Counted from the first letter of the stretch, positions 1-11,885 are shown. The stretch is DNA of 64,000 nt from Burkholderiaceae bacterium (GCA_047601745.1 JASGIS010000001.1:3910086-3974085); one strand, 5' to 3'. A program made the numbers and translations. Notes: generated by a model from the sequence alone, not told the origin.

Positions 1-996
1 GAAGCGGCAGTGCCCGAGCAGCGGCACGAACTCGCGCATGCCGTGCATCAGCTCCGAGCGCGACAGATGGGCGAGCCCGTAGGTCTGGAATCCCGGTGAG
101 TCGATGATGCGGCCGCCTCCACCTCCGCCTCCGGTGTCGTCGGTGCTGCCAGTACTGCCGGTGCTGCCGGTGCTGCCGGTGCTGCCAGTGCTGCCAGTGC
201 TGCCAGTGCTGCCAGTGCTGCCAGTGCTGCCAGTGCTGCCGGTATCGCCGGTATCGCCGGTATCGCCGGTGCCGTCGATGTCGTCGCCGTTGCCGATGTC
301 GTCGCCGGCCCCGCTCCCGCTCCCGCCGTCATCGTCCTCGATGCGGAACAACCGGCTGAACGTCGTCGTGTGCCGACCGGTGTTCAGCGCGTCGGAGATC
401 GCCTGCGTCTCCAGCCCCGCGTCCGGCACCAGCAGGTTGACCAGTGTCGACTTGCCCATGCCGGACTGGCCGAGCAGCAGCGTCGTGCGCCCGCGCAGCC
501 ATGGCCGCAGGCACGCGAGCGCGGCGGCCGGATCGGCTTTCGCCGCGACGCGCAGCACCGGATAGCCGAGCGCTTCGTACGCGCGCAGCCGCGGCTCGAT
601 CTGCGCCTGCGCATCGTGCAGGTCGCACTTGTTGGCGACGATCGTGGCCGGGATCCGTTCGATTTCGGCAGCGATCAGCACGCGGATCAGCAGTTCCTCG
701 GAGAACGGCGGCGATCCGGAGACGACGATGCCGATCTGGTCCAGGTTGGCGGCCAGGCGCTTGCTGCGCCAGGCGTCGCTGCGCAGCATCTGGTTGCGGC
801 GGGGCATCAGGCTTTCGATGACGTGCTGGTCGGCGCTGGTCGGGCGGGCGACGACGCGGTCGCCGACCGCGAAGTCGTTGCGCTTGCCGCGGGTGACCGC
901 GATCCGGTGGCTGCCGTCGGGCGCTTCGAGATAGAAAAGCCGGCCGTGCGCGGCGACGATCGTCGCCGCTTCGGTCGCCGGGAACGGGGCAGGCAA
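1..996 (-). CDS. rsgA: Ribosome small-subunit-dependent GTPase RsgA. The C-terminal end runs off the left edge, so it is absent from the ORF track.
   Basis: Own minus-strand translation: ...FAVGDRVVARP...IVANKCDL...LLLGQSGMGKSTLVNLLVPDAGLETQAISDALNTGRHTTTFSRLF...RIIDSPGFQTYGLAHL...GHCRF. Shows the circularly permuted GTPase order NKxD -> GxxxxGKS -> DxxG. Start is tentatively TTG at 996, 14 nt after the phhB stop. Confidence 0.85.
   Translation of the reverse strand, partial: MPAPFPATEAATIVAAHGRLFYLEAPDGSHRIAVTRGKRNDFAVGDRVVARPTSADQHVIESLMPRRNQMLRSDAWRSKRLAANLDQIGIVVSGSPPFSEELLIRVLIAAEIERIPATIVANKCDLHDAQAQIEPRLRAYEALGYPVLRVAAKADPAAALACLRPWLRGRTTLLLGQSGMGKSTLVNLLVPDAGLETQAISDALNTGRHTTTFSRLFRIEDDDGGSGSGAGDDIGNGDDIDGTGDTGDTGDTGSTGSTGSTGSTGSTGSTGSTGSTGSTGSTGSTDDTGGGGGGGRIIDSPGFQTYGLAHLSRSELMHGMREFVPLLGHCRF
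142..267 (-). repeat. 14 tandem 9-nt units (GGTGCTGCC / AGTGCTGCC / GGTATCGCC), in frame inside rsgA. Encodes (GDT)3(GST)11.
   Basis: Read directly from the sequence. Units are contiguous with no spacers. Confidence 0.95.
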
Positions 997-1010
997 GGTC
1001 GGCGCCGTGA

Positions 1011-1364
1011 TCAGAGAGGTCGGTGGGCGAACACCGCGTCGGTCTTGGCCGCGCAGATGAAGTCGTTATCGGAGATGCCCGAGACCGAGTGCGTGCTCCA
1101 GCGGACCACGCAGCGGTTGTAACCGACCTCCAGGTCCGGATGATGATCCTCGCCGTGGATCATCCAGGCCAGCGCGTTGACGAACGCGATCGTGTCGTAA
1201 TAGTCGCGGAACGCGAAGCTGCGCTGCAGGCAATTGTCCTCGCAGGTCCACGAAGGCAGGCTGGCCAACTGGGCGTCGATCTCGGCCTGCGTGTACGCGC
1301 GCTGGCCTTCCATCGGCGATGACTTCTTTTCGAGCAACTGCTGGCGGGACAGGGGCGGACGCAT
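1011..1364 (-). CDS. phhB: Pterin-4a-carbinolamine dehydratase
   Basis: 117-aa ORF with the family core ...FAFRDYYDTIAFVNALAWMIHGEDHHPDLEVGYNRCVVRWSTHSVSGISDND. GAGGAG RBS lies upstream of the ATG at 1364. Confidence 0.85.
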   Translation of the reverse strand: MRPPLSRQQLLEKKSSPMEGQRAYTQAEIDAQLASLPSWTCEDNCLQRSFAFRDYYDTIAFVNALAWMIHGEDHHPDLEVGYNRCVVRWSTHSVSGISDNDFICAAKTDAVFAHRPL

Positions 1365-1373
1365 CGGAACTCC

Positions 1374-2693
1374 TCAGGCGGGGGGCGAGGGCAAGGGCCG
1401 AGGGGCAGCCTCGGGCGCGACAGTCGGGTCCTTCCGGCGCAGCGCGGCCAGCCGCGCGACCCGGACGGCGGCCGGCGGATGCGAGTCGTAGAACGCCGAA
1501 TGGACGGGATCGGGCGTCAGCGTCGCCGCGTTGTCCTCGTACAGCTTGACCAGCGCATCGATCAGCGACGATGCGTCGGCCTGCCCGGCCGCGAAGCGAT
1601 CGGCTTCGAATTCATCGCGTCGCGACAGCAGGCTGGCGATCGGCTGGAACAGGAACGCGAATACCGGCATCGCCAAAAAGAACAGGATCAGCGCGAGCGC
1701 CGGGTCCTCGCCCGGCACGACGTCGACGCCCAAGCCCTGGTAGAACCACGGTTGCATCGCCAGCCAGCCGAGGATCGCCAGGCCCGCCAGGCTCGCCGCG
1801 AAGCTCAGCGCGATGCGTCGGACGATGTGATGGTGTTTGAAGTGCCCCAGTTCGTGGGCGAGGACGGCTTCGATCTCGGCCGGCGTCAGGCGGGCCAGCA
1901 GCGTGTCGAAGAACACGATGCGCCGCGAGCGCCCGAAGCCGGTGAAGTACGCGTTGCCGTGCGCCGATCGCCGGCTGCCGTCCATGACGAACAGCCCCCG
2001 GGCGGCGAACCCGCAGCGTGCCAGCAGGCGGCCGACGCGCTCGCGCACCGCGCCGTCGGGCAGCGGTTCGAAGCGGTTGAACAGCGGCGCGATGACGGTC
2101 GGATAAAGCAGCAGCACGAACAGGTTGAACGCGACCCACACGGCCCACGCCCACAGCCACCAGTACGCGCCGGCGCGCTGCATCAGCCACAGGATCGCGG
2201 CCAGGATCGGCAACCCCAGCACCGCGCCGACGGCCAGGCCCTTGACCAGGTCGGTCACGTACAGCCGCCACGTCATCCGGTTGAAGCCGAAGCGCTGTTC
2301 GAGCACGAACTGGCGGTACCAGGCCAGCGGCAGGTCGACCAGGCCGCCGAGCAGCGCGACGACGACGACCAGCAGCAACTGGCGGATCATCGGCGCGTCG
2401 GGCAGCAGCGCGGTCAATCCGTCATGCAGCGCCTGCAGCCCGCCGAGCAGCGTCAGCCCGACGACGAACACCGCCCCGATCATCAGATCGACGAGGCCCA
2501 GCCGCTGGCGGGCCACCGTGTAGTCGGCCGCGCGCTGGTGGGCGTGCAGAGGGATCCGGTCGGCGAACGCCTCCGGCACCCGGTCGCGATGATGGATGAC
2601 GTGCCGGGCCTGCCGCGTCGACAGCCACAGCCGTACCAGCGACGATACGCACAGGGCGGCGAGGAACAGCAGCGTGAAGCGCAGGGAAGTCAC
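1374..2693 (-). CDS. M48 family (Ste24/HtpX-like) membrane zinc metallopeptidase
   Basis: Multiple TM segments, HELGH zinc motif (LAHELGHFKHHH) and a downstream EFEADRFA motif. GTG at 2693 is chosen because it immediately precedes the first TM (VTSLRFTLLFLAAL). The ORF-track start at 2753 is an upstream extension. Confidence 0.8.
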   Translation of the reverse strand: MTSLRFTLLFLAALCVSSLVRLWLSTRQARHVIHHRDRVPEAFADRIPLHAHQRAADYTVARQRLGLVDLMIGAVFVVGLTLLGGLQALHDGLTALLPDAPMIRQLLLVVVVALLGGLVDLPLAWYRQFVLEQRFGFNRMTWRLYVTDLVKGLAVGAVLGLPILAAILWLMQRAGAYWWLWAWAVWVAFNLFVLLLYPTVIAPLFNRFEPLPDGAVRERVGRLLARCGFAARGLFVMDGSRRSAHGNAYFTGFGRSRRIVFFDTLLARLTPAEIEAVLAHELGHFKHHHIVRRIALSFAASLAGLAILGWLAMQPWFYQGLGVDVVPGEDPALALILFFLAMPVFAFLFQPIASLLSRRDEFEADRFAAGQADASSLIDALVKLYEDNAATLTPDPVHSAFYDSHPPAAVRVARLAALRRKDPTVAPEAAPRPLPSPPA

Positions 2694-2809
2694 GTGAAAC
2701 GAGGAAGCCGGTCCGGGCGGCGGCGGGCGGTCGTGGCGACGACGCGTCGCCACGCGTCGCGTCGTACCGACGGGTCGTCCCGGCGCAACGGCCTGTGACA
2801 GAATGACGG

Positions 2810-3421
2810 ATGCGGAAAATTATGGCACAGCAGATGATGGGCGGCTCCGGATCGGCGGCGGTGACACCGGACGACACGCGACTGGTCTGGCTCGACATGG
2901 AGATGACGGGCCTCGTTCCGGAGGTCGACCGGATCATCGAGATCGCGGTCGTCGTCACCGACAGCCAGCTCGACATCCTCGCGCAGAGCGAGGCGTTCGC
3001 GATCCATCAGCCGGACAGCGTGCTCGACGCGATGGACCAGTGGAACACCGCGACCCATGGCCGATCGGGGCTCACCGGGCGCGTGCGCGCGTCGACGTGG
3101 ACCGAGTCCCGGGTCGAGCGGGCGCTGCTCGACTGGCTGCAGCCGTGGGTGCCGCCCGGCAAGTCGCCGATGTGCGGCAACTCGATCGGCCAGGACCGGC
3201 GCTTCATGGCGCGCTACATGCCGCAGCTCGAAGCGTGGTTCCACTACCGGAACCTCGACGTCAGCACGCTCAAGGAGTTATGCCGGCGCTGGCAGCCGGC
3301 GATCGCCAAGGGCTTCGCCAAGCGCAGCGCGCACACGGCGCTGGCCGACATCATCGAGTCGATCGAGGAGCTTCGCTACTATCGCGAGCATCTGCTGATT
3401 CCCGAGGCGCGCCGGCCCTGA
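2810..3421 (+). CDS. orn: Oligoribonuclease
   Basis: DEDDh exonuclease motifs: [40 protein letters not shown]. Confidence 0.9.
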   Translation: MRKIMAQQMMGGSGSAAVTPDDTRLVWLDMEMTGLVPEVDRIIEIAVVVTDSQLDILAQSEAFAIHQPDSVLDAMDQWNTATHGRSGLTGRVRASTWTESRVERALLDWLQPWVPPGKSPMCGNSIGQDRRFMARYMPQLEAWFHYRNLDVSTLKELCRRWQPAIAKGFAKRSAHTALADIIESIEELRYYREHLLIPEARRP

Positions 3422-4877
3422 CGGCGGGCCGGGCGGCGGCCGCGCCGTCGCGGCGCCAGACCCCGGCCAGGATCAGCGCGAGGCCGATCGACGCGACGAA
3501 GACGCTGCCGCCGGCGGCCACCCAGAAACCGGTCGCGCCGCCGACCTGCCCATCGAATCGCGCCAGTTGCGGCCAGGCCTGCCAGGGCCAGACGTGTTTA
3601 TTGCCGAAGGTCAGCCACCAGCCGAATCCCAGGCCGATCCCCCACAGCGACAGCACGTAGACGACGGCGGGCAGGAACGCGACCTTGTAGGCCCGCAGCA
3701 CGTTCGCGAAGAACGTCTGCGTCGCGTCGAACAGGTGGAACAGCGCGACCAGCCGCAGCAGCGGGATGGCGGCCGCCTGGATCCCGGCATCGCTCGTATA
3801 CCAGCCGGCGATCGTCGGCGCGGCGAACCACAGCGCAGCGCCCGACAGCGACGCCACCCCCAGCATCATCCGCATGCCGGCCCAGACCGTCGCCCGGGCC
3901 GCCCCGGGCTGCGCGGCGCCGAGCGACTGCGCGGCGAGCACGCCGGTGGCGCTGGAGATCGCCAGCGCGGACATGTACAGCACGCCGGTCAGGTTGGAGG
4001 CGATCTGGTGGCTGCCGCCGACGACCGCGCCGAAGCGCGCGACGAACAGCGCCATGAACGTGAACGACGTGATCTCGACCAGGTAGCCGGCACCGATCGG
4101 CAGGCCGAGCCGCAGCAGTTCCGTGAGTCCCCTGCGGTCGATGCCCAGCCGCGAGAACAGCCTGAACGGCCGATACCACGGGTCGAGCCGGACCCACAGC
4201 CAGGCCAGCAGCGCGCTGAGCCAGGCCAGTACCGCCGTCGCGACGCCGCAGCCCGGGCCGCCGAGCGCGGGCACGGACGGCAGCCCGCCCGGCAGTGCCA
4301 GGCCGTCGATGAACAGGGCATTGAGCGGGATCTTGAGCGCCAGCGCCGCCAGGTTGATCGTCATCACGACCTTCGGTCGCGACAGCGCGTTGTTCAGCGC
4401 GTAGAACACGCGGAACAGCAGCGCCGCCGGCAATCCCGCGGCGACCGCGAACAGGTACAGGCGCGTGCGCTCGGCCACGGCCGGCGGCGGCGCGCTCAGT
4501 CCCAGCCACAGGTCGGTCGACAGCAGCGTCAGGCAGCCGGGGATGGTCAGGAACAAGGCCAGCCACAGCCCCTGCGCGAAGTCGATGCCGATCCGGTCGT
4601 GGCGCCGCGCGCCGTAGTTCTGGGCGACGATCGGCGACAGTGCCAGCAGCACGCCCATCGTCGTCGCGTAGATGGTGATGTAGACGGCGGCACCCAGGCC
4701 GATCGCCGCGATGTCGTCCGACGACGTGCGGCCCGCCATGATCGTATCGATGACGCCGTTGGCCATGATGGCCAACTGGCCGATCAACACCGGCCAGGCC
4801 AGTTGCGCGATCGCCGCGTAGCGCGCGCGTCCGTCGGCGGCCGGCGCGGCGGACGTCGGCAACGCGGCGCCGCTCAT
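3351..4877 (-). CDS. MATE family multidrug/toxin efflux transporter
   Basis: MSGAALPTS...[28 protein letters not shown]..., a protein of about 12 TM segments. The ATG at 4877 overlaps the stop of the upstream gene (ATGA). The 3' end overlaps orn convergently by 71 nt. The 1062-aa ORF in the track is a read-through extension. Confidence 0.85.
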   Translation of the reverse strand: MSGAALPTSAAPAADGRARYAAIAQLAWPVLIGQLAIMANGVIDTIMAGRTSSDDIAAIGLGAAVYITIYATTMGVLLALSPIVAQNYGARRHDRIGIDFAQGLWLALFLTIPGCLTLLSTDLWLGLSAPPPAVAERTRLYLFAVAAGLPAALLFRVFYALNNALSRPKVVMTINLAALALKIPLNALFIDGLALPGGLPSVPALGGPGCGVATAVLAWLSALLAWLWVRLDPWYRPFRLFSRLGIDRRGLTELLRLGLPIGAGYLVEITSFTFMALFVARFGAVVGGSHQIASNLTGVLYMSALAISSATGVLAAQSLGAAQPGAARATVWAGMRMMLGVASLSGAALWFAAPTIAGWYTSDAGIQAAAIPLLRLVALFHLFDATQTFFANVLRAYKVAFLPAVVYVLSLWGIGLGFGWWLTFGNKHVWPWQAWPQLARFDGQVGGATGFWVAAGGSVFVASIGLALILAGVWRRDGAAAARPAVRAGAPRESADARDSSEAPRSTR

Positions 4878-6586
4878 CGCTGCGCCGGCGCGATCCGCTG
4901 GTACATGCGGAAGCGCTCGTCCCGGCCGCGGCGGCGCGATCCTTCCCACACCAGCCGGTAGCCGGCTTCCTGGGGCGCGATGACGCCGGCCAGCGGTCCC
5001 TGGTCCTCGATGACGAGCCAAGGGCACGATTCTTCGGGACCGAAGCGAACGTTGCCGAAGTACGCGATGCTGGTGCGCGCCGTCGGGTTCAGGTGACGGC
5101 TGGCGACGCAGTCGGTGTCGTTGCCGCGGTGCTGGCCGACCGCCAGGCCGACGTCCCGATACGTGTTGCGCTCGTTGAACATCGTCAGCCACAGCGTCAT
5201 CAGCAGGAACCACATCAGCACGAGGCCGCAGCTCGCCAGCATCACCGCGCGCCAGATCATCCGCGGCTGCCGCGACACGCGCCAGCGCACCAGCAGCAGC
5301 CAGGCCGCGGTGGCCAGCAGGCCCAGAACGATCTCGTCGAGGATGCCGCTGGGGCGGAACCCGGGCGCGAGCTGGCCGGCCTTGAACGCCATCATCGGCG
5401 GGAAGCCGGTGACCCAGGCGATCCAGTACGCCCAGATCGTCAGGCCCATCAGCGTGAACGTCGTCACCGAGAACCAGTCGACGAGGCTGACCGCCGCGCG
5501 CTTGATCGTCGGCAGCCCGACCGCCGCTAACATCGCCGTCGGCGGGATCATCGGCAGCAGCAGCGATTCGCCCGAACGCGGCGACAGCAGCGCGGGGACC
5601 AGCAGCGCCGCGATGCACAGCAGCGGCAGGCCGACGGCCGGTTCGCTCAGGCGGGTGCGCCAGCGCCACAACGACCAGGCGACCATCGGCCACGCGGGCC
5701 AGAAGAACCAGGGGATCGTGCTGACCAGGTAGCGCGCGTTCTCGAGCGCCGGTCCGATCGTCAGCGACAGATTGCCCTGCCACCAGCGCTCCAGGTATTC
5801 GCGGCCTTCGGGGCCGGCGGCGACCAGCGCCAGCGGCCAGGCGGCCGCGACGACGAGCGCCGGCGGCAGCGCCGAGGCCCAGAACCGGGCGCGCACGAGC
5901 CGGTACGGGGCGATCAGCCAGGGCAGGCAGACGAGGACGGCCAGCAGCGGTACCCAGACCTGCGGTCCGCCGCTGGGCAGCGAAGCGCCGGCGGCCAGGC
6001 CGGCCAGCCAGGCGCCGCGACGCGGCGTATCGATCGCGACGGCGGCGCCGAACAGGAACACGCCGATCAGCGCGACCTGGCCGGCATCGGCGGTCGTCTC
6101 GTGCACGCGGGCGATCAGGCCGATCGTGGCCAGCAGCACCAGCAGCGCCGAGTCGGCGATCGCCCGGCCGAAATCGATCCGCGACACCGACGCGCCGAAC
6201 GGATCGGACGGCTGCACGCCGGGCAGGCGCGCGACCCGGTAGGTCGCGTACCAGACCGAGGTGAACAGGATCAGCATGCTGGCCACGGTGACGCCGCGCA
6301 CCACCGGATGCTCGGCGAAGAACGGCAGCGCGCGGATCACGATCGCCGCGATCCAGTACGGAAAAGGCGAGTCGTCGTAGACCGGGTCGCCGAAGATGTT
6401 CGGCATCAGCCAGTCGTGCAGGCCGCCGCGCGCCATCGTCAGCGAGATGCCGAAGCCGGTGGCGTCCGCGGTCCGCCACGGATCGCGGCCGATCATGCCG
6501 GGCAGTGCGTACAGCAGGCACAGCAGCGGCAGGCCCCATCGGGGCAACTTGCCTGCCTGCAGGTTGGTCAGGATGAACGGACGCAT
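4874..6586 (-). CDS. Polytopic membrane glycosyltransferase, ArnT/PMT-like (GT39/GT83-like)
   Basis: 570 aa with many TM helices. The N-terminal LPGMIGRDPWRTADATGF motif is typical of ArnT/PMT-type lipid-linked sugar transferases. Confidence 0.7.
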   Translation of the reverse strand: MRPFILTNLQAGKLPRWGLPLLCLLYALPGMIGRDPWRTADATGFGISLTMARGGLHDWLMPNIFGDPVYDDSPFPYWIAAIVIRALPFFAEHPVVRGVTVASMLILFTSVWYATYRVARLPGVQPSDPFGASVSRIDFGRAIADSALLVLLATIGLIARVHETTADAGQVALIGVFLFGAAVAIDTPRRGAWLAGLAAGASLPSGGPQVWVPLLAVLVCLPWLIAPYRLVRARFWASALPPALVVAAAWPLALVAAGPEGREYLERWWQGNLSLTIGPALENARYLVSTIPWFFWPAWPMVAWSLWRWRTRLSEPAVGLPLLCIAALLVPALLSPRSGESLLLPMIPPTAMLAAVGLPTIKRAAVSLVDWFSVTTFTLMGLTIWAYWIAWVTGFPPMMAFKAGQLAPGFRPSGILDEIVLGLLATAAWLLLVRWRVSRQPRMIWRAVMLASCGLVLMWFLLMTLWLTMFNERNTYRDVGLAVGQHRGNDTDCVASRHLNPTARTSIAYFGNVRFGPEESCPWLVIEDQGPLAGVIAPQEAGYRLVWEGSRRRGRDERFRMYQRIAPAQR

Positions 6587-6621
6587 CGAATCGCCATCAT
6601 GTGCTGCCGGACTCGAGCACG

Positions 6622-6647
6622 AAAAAGGCAGCCGGGAGGCTGCCTTT
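6622..6647 (-). terminator. Intrinsic terminator downstream of rpmE2
   Basis: Minus strand reads GGCAGCC-TCCC-GGCTGCC followed by TTTTT. Confidence 0.6.
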
Positions 6648-6722
6648 CATCGAAACCCTCTACGGCCGGCGCCGCTGGACGAGAGGACGCCCGGCGCCGC
6701 GAGGCCTGCTGCCCCGCCGCGA

Positions 6723-6980
6723 TCAACTCGTCTTGCCGCCGCGAGCGAACTTCTGGCGGAACTTCTCGACACGGCCGGTCTCGATGATCCGCTGCTGCGC
6801 ACCGGTATAGAACGGATGCGATTCGGACGTGATGTCCAGCTTGAACAGCGGGTATTCGTTGCCGTCGTCCATCTTGATCGTCTCGCGCGTGTTGACGGTC
6901 GAGCGGGTGATGAACTTGAAGCCGTTGATGACGTCCAGGAAGACGACGTCACGGTATGCGGGGTGGATGCCTTGTTTCAT
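6723..6980 (-). CDS. rpmE2: 50S ribosomal protein L31, type B (no CxxC zinc motif)
   Basis: [14 protein letters not shown]...SESHPFYTG. The sequence contains no cysteines. Confidence 0.9.
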   Translation of the reverse strand: MKQGIHPAYRDVVFLDVINGFKFITRSTVNTRETIKMDDGNEYPLFKLDITSESHPFYTGAQQRIIETGRVEKFRQKFARGGKTS

Positions 6981-7075
6981 GATGTCCTTGAACGTGACCG
7001 CGCGGCAATCGCGGAAAATAGTGTCCGCGCGAATTCAGCGAAGCCTATCATTCTAGCGGGAAAGATCTCTTTCGA

Positions 7076-8338
<1,263 letters not shown>

Positions 8339-8702
8339 GAGGCGGGATGGCTGTGCCAGAGAGACGGACGGGCGGGGTTGCGTAGCGCTTGGCCGGGCGG
8401 CCAGGACGGGCGAGATGAGCGGATGGGCTGACTGCGAAGCCGTTGAATCGGGTTGGATGTCGCTGCCGGGCCGAGCGGGCCGTTGCGCGAGAGGTCCGGG
8501 GGAGTCGCTCGCGGCCCGGCAATCAGGCCGGCCCGCACCGTATTGGCTGGTGACCAAGGCGAGGGGGGATCGTCGGTTGGACGAATGCGCCCCAGAGGAC
8601 TGCCGCCGGTAAGACCGCCGACGATCGGATCGCCGCGCAGCGTCTCAATGGCTGCGATGGCGATCGCGAATGCGTGGTTGTTCTTGTTGGCTTGTCAGGA
8701 TA
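8339..8702 (-). promoter_or_regulatory. Long (364 nt) rho 5' leader, C-rich on the transcribed strand (rut-like, candidate autoregulatory attenuator)
   Basis: No credible ORF. The minus strand carries runs such as CCCCCCTCGCC, CCCGTCCGTCTCTC and CCATCCCGCCTC. Confidence 0.4.
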
Positions 8703-9023
8703 TCAGAGATGGCTGTCGAGGAACAGCGTCAGTTGCGATTTCGACAAAGCGCCGACCTTGGTCGCCACCTGCGCGCCGTTCTTGAACAGCATCAGCGTCG
8801 GAATTCCGCGGATGCCGAACTTGGCGGCGACCGATTGATTCTCGTCGACGTTGACCTTCACGACCTGCAGGCGCCCGTCATAGTCCTTGGACACCTCGTC
8901 CAGGATCGGCGCGATCATCTTGCAAGGGCCGCACCATTCGGCCCAGTAATCGACCAGGACCGGCTCTTCGGCCTTCAGTACGTCCTGATCGAAAGACGTA
9001 TCGGATGTGTGTTTGATCGTCAT
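8703..9023 (-). CDS. trxA: Thioredoxin 1
   Basis: 106 aa with the WAEWCGPCK active site. ATG at 9023. Confidence 0.95.
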   Translation of the reverse strand: MTIKHTSDTSFDQDVLKAEEPVLVDYWAEWCGPCKMIAPILDEVSKDYDGRLQVVKVNVDENQSVAAKFGIRGIPTLMLFKNGAQVATKVGALSKSQLTLFLDSHL

Positions 9024-9128
9024 GTCTCGAAGCTCCACAGGAGCGGAAAAAGATACCACAGGCAACCGGGATATCGCTGGTGCCGGTGCCGGGGCGGCGG
9101 GCGGTGCGCAAGCTGATAGAATCGATGC

Positions 9129-9231
9129 CGGGCGGGCCCCCCCGCATCGCGGCATGGTCAATCTGGTCAGGTCCGGAAGGAAGCAGCCACAGCCGTTCAC
9201 CGTGAGTGCCGGGGTTCCGGCTCGCCCACCC
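9129..9231 (+). ncRNA. ffs: Signal recognition particle RNA (4.5S, small type)
   Basis: Contains GGTCAGGTCCGGAAGGAAGCAGCC, matching the conserved domain IV core of E. coli 4.5S RNA as I recall it. G/C-rich 5' and 3' ends are complementary. Ends are approximate. Confidence 0.85.
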
Positions 9232-9365
9232 GATACGAAGCGCCGTCCGCCATGGCCCGTATGGCGGCCCGCGCGGCTTTCCCGCGGCGCCGGTCGATCG
9301 CGCCGCGCCGTCCGCCCGGACACGTCCGGCTCCCGCCCCTGGCATTCGACCGTCGTTCTGGATCC

Positions 9366-11732
9366 ATGAGTCATCAGGTCCTGGCCCGCAAATGGCGGCC
9401 TCGTGATTTTCAATCGCTGGTCGGCCAGGAGCACGTCGTCCGGGCGTTGACGCACGCGCTGTCGACCGGGCGTCTGCACCATGCGTACCTGTTCACCGGC
9501 ACGCGCGGCGTCGGCAAGACGACGATCGCGCGGATCCTGGCCAAGTCGCTGAACTGCGAGCGCGGGCTCGGGGCGACGCCGTGCGGCACCTGCGCGGCCT
9601 GCACCGAGATCGACGCCGGCCGCTTCGTCGACTACATCGAGATGGACGCCGCGTCGAACCGCGGCGTCGACGAGATGACGCAGGTGCTCGAGAACGCGGT
9701 CTACGCACCGACGGCCGCACGCTACAAGGTCTACGTCATCGACGAAGTGCACATGCTGACGATGCATGCGTTCAACGCGATGCTCAAGACGCTCGAGGAG
9801 CCGCCGGCCCACGTCGTGTTCGTGCTGGCCACCACCGATCCGCAGAAGGTACCGGTGACGGTGCTGTCGCGCTGCCTGCAGTTCAATCTGAAGAACATGA
9901 CGCCGCAGGCGATCGGCGGCCATCTGTCGCACGTGCTGACGCAGGAGGCGATTCCGTTCGAGCCGGCGGCGCTCGCGCACATCGGCCGCGCGGCGGGCGG
10001 ATCGATGCGCGATGCGCTGTCGCTGCTCGACCAGGCGATCGCCCATGGCGGCGGGCAGGTGTCCGAGGCCTCGGTGCGCGAGATGCTCGGCGTCGTCGAT
10101 TCCCGCGACCTGAGCCGCCTGCTCGACGCATTGCTCGACGGCGACGGTGCGCGGCTGGTCGCGCTGGCCGACGAGATGCAGGCGGGCAACGCGCCGTTCG
10201 AGCGCATGCTGCAGGATTTCGCGGCGCTGCTGCAGCGGGTCGCGCTCGCGCAGGTCGGCGTGGTCGCCGACGACGGCGGGGCGGCGGATCTGCAGGCCTA
10301 CGCCGGGCGCGTCGCGCCCGAGGACCTGCAGGTCTACTACCAGATCGCGTTGCACGGCGCGCGGGACCTGCCGCTGGCGGCCGATCCGTTGTCCGGTTTC
10401 ACGATGGTGCTGCTGCGCCTGCTGTCATTCCGGCCGCAAGGGGGACAGCCGGGCGGACCGGAAGGCGGGCCGCCGGATCGGGCGCCCGCGCCCGCTTCGC
10501 CGATGGGGGGAGGCCGGGCACCGGTTTCCGGCAGGGAGCCCGCACCGAAAGTCGTGGCGTCCCCCGCATCCGCGGCGCCCTCGGCATCCGCGGTGGCCCC
10601 CGCGTCCGCGGCGGTGCCCGCATCCACGATGGCGCCCGCGTCCCCAGCGGTGCCCGCATCCATGGCGGTGTCCGCGTCCGCGGCGGCGCCTGCCTCCGTG
10701 CCCGCGCCCGCATCGGCTGCCGCGTCGGCATCGGATTCGCCGCCACCGTCGGCGAACGCCGCGCGGGCGGCTGCTCTGGCCGCCGCGGCGGCGGCCGGCG
10801 TCCGGGGATCGGCGCGTCCCGGAGGCGCGAGGCCGATGCCGGCGCAGGCGCCGGCCGCCGACCGGCGTGTCGGGCCGGGTTCGCCGGCCGCGTCGGCCGC
10901 GGCGGTCATCGACCGAATCGCGATGCGACGCGATCCTGCGGCCGGCATGCCGTCGCGCGCCGCTCCGACCGTCGCGCCATCGGGGCCGGCCGCGCAAGGC
11001 GGTGCCGGTGACGAGGTCGACGGCCGGGCCGGGCAGGGGCCGGGCGAGCAGGCTGGGCACGGCTCTGGCGAGAGGGCCGGGTACGGGCCTGGCGAGCGTA
11101 CTGGCGTCAGGCTGGGCGAGGGTGCCGGCGACAGGCCGGGCGAGCGGGCTGTTGACGAGGCCGGCGACCGAGGGGATCGGGGCGATCGGAAGGCCGACGC
11201 CAGCGGCCTCTCGGGCGAGGTGGCCGGCGATGGGTCCTCGGGCAGCGAGGCGGCGGCTCGTCAGGCGGCCGGCGGCACCGCGACCGCGGTTGCATCGACC
11301 GCATCGACCGCATCGACCGCATCGACCGCATCGACCGGGTCGTCGGCATCGTTCGACGGCGACTGGCCGGAGCTGGCCAGCCGGCTGGCGATCGGCGGGC
11401 TCGCGCAGCAGGTGCTGCTGCAAAGCGAATTGCTCGGCCATGATGCACAGTCGTTGCGGATCCGGGTGCCGATCCGGCAGCTCGCCGATCCCGGCGTCAT
11501 CGCCAAGGTTCGCGAGGCGCTGAGCGCGCATTTCGGCAGGCCGGTGGCGTTGAGCGTCGACGTCGGCCCGATCGCGGGCCCGACCGCCAGTTCGGTCGCG
11601 CAGCAGCGGCAGGCCGATCGGCTCGCGCAGGCACGCGAGGCGATCGAGGGCGATCCGTTCGTGCAGAGCCTGATCGCCGATTTCGGCGCGCGCGTGCTGC
11701 CCGAATCGATTCGTCCGGTCGATCGCGGCTGA
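9366..11732 (+). CDS. dnaX: DNA polymerase III subunits tau (gamma)
   Basis: [25 protein letters not shown]...GTRGVGKTT...; a long A/P/S/G-rich linker precedes the conserved C-terminal domain. Confidence 0.9.
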   Translation: MSHQVLARKWRPRDFQSLVGQEHVVRALTHALSTGRLHHAYLFTGTRGVGKTTIARILAKSLNCERGLGATPCGTCAACTEIDAGRFVDYIEMDAASNRGVDEMTQVLENAVYAPTAARYKVYVIDEVHMLTMHAFNAMLKTLEEPPAHVVFVLATTDPQKVPVTVLSRCLQFNLKNMTPQAIGGHLSHVLTQEAIPFEPAALAHIGRAAGGSMRDALSLLDQAIAHGGGQVSEASVREMLGVVDSRDLSRLLDALLDGDGARLVALADEMQAGNAPFERMLQDFAALLQRVALAQVGVVADDGGAADLQAYAGRVAPEDLQVYYQIALHGARDLPLAADPLSGFTMVLLRLLSFRPQGGQPGGPEGGPPDRAPAPASPMGGGRAPVSGREPAPKVVASPASAAPSASAVAPASAAVPASTMAPASPAVPASMAVSASAAAPASVPAPASAAASASDSPPPSANAARAAALAAAAAAGVRGSARPGGARPMPAQAPAADRRVGPGSPAASAAAVIDRIAMRRDPAAGMPSRAAPTVAPSGPAAQGGAGDEVDGRAGQGPGEQAGHGSGERAGYGPGERTGVRLGEGAGDRPGERAVDEAGDRGDRGDRKADASGLSGEVAGDGSSGSEAAARQAAGGTATAVASTASTASTASTASTGSSASFDGDWPELASRLAIGGLAQQVLLQSELLGHDAQSLRIRVPIRQLADPGVIAKVREALSAHFGRPVALSVDVGPIAGPTASSVAQQRQADRLAQAREAIEGDPFVQSLIADFGARVLPESIRPVDRG
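11292..11336 (+). repeat. 5 tandem copies of the 9-nt unit GCATCGACC, in frame in dnaX (the (AST)5 run).
   Basis: Read directly from the sequence. Confidence 0.9.
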
Positions 11733-11885
11733 GAGGCCGAGAAGCCGGGATCGCGGGCGACGCTCGCCGCCATCGGCGGTGCCTCCCGGCATCGGACGCG
11801 ACGGCACCGCTTATCATTCGACAGTTTTCGATCCATCCTCCACCGCGCCCGGCCAGGAAGGGCGCTTCGTTCAAGGACTACCGAC

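Noticed and set aside
142-267. Tandem repeat arrays (also at 12866-12961, 23989-24066, 25255-25350 and 33576-33627) considered as possible CRISPR arrays
   Set aside because: Units are 6-13 nt and directly contiguous with no unique spacers. There are no cas genes. These are microsatellites or minisatellites.
3351-6539. 1062-aa minus-strand ORF spanning both the MATE and the glycosyltransferase regions
   Set aside because: Only its C-terminal 508 aa (from ATG 4877) are MATE-like. The upstream part is an out-of-frame read through the real 4874..6586 gene.
6981-7075. Zur box upstream of the zinc-independent L31 paralogue rpmE2
   Set aside because: No palindromic AT-rich Zur-like operator is visible. 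Only a TAGAAT-like -10 element is present. rpmE2 here appears simply to be co-transcribed or constitutive downstream of rho.
9252-9365. Upstream extension of the dnaX ORF (track start 9252)
   Set aside because: The extension lies immediately downstream of the SRP RNA gene (about 9129-9231) and encodes R/P-rich junk. The conserved N-terminus [12 protein letters not shown] starts at 9366.
9366-11732. Programmed -1 frameshift site for the gamma subunit in dnaX
   Set aside because: I found no A AAA AAG-type slippery heptamer or A-run in the gene when scanning by eye. A systematic scan would still be needed, and gamma may be made differently or not at all.
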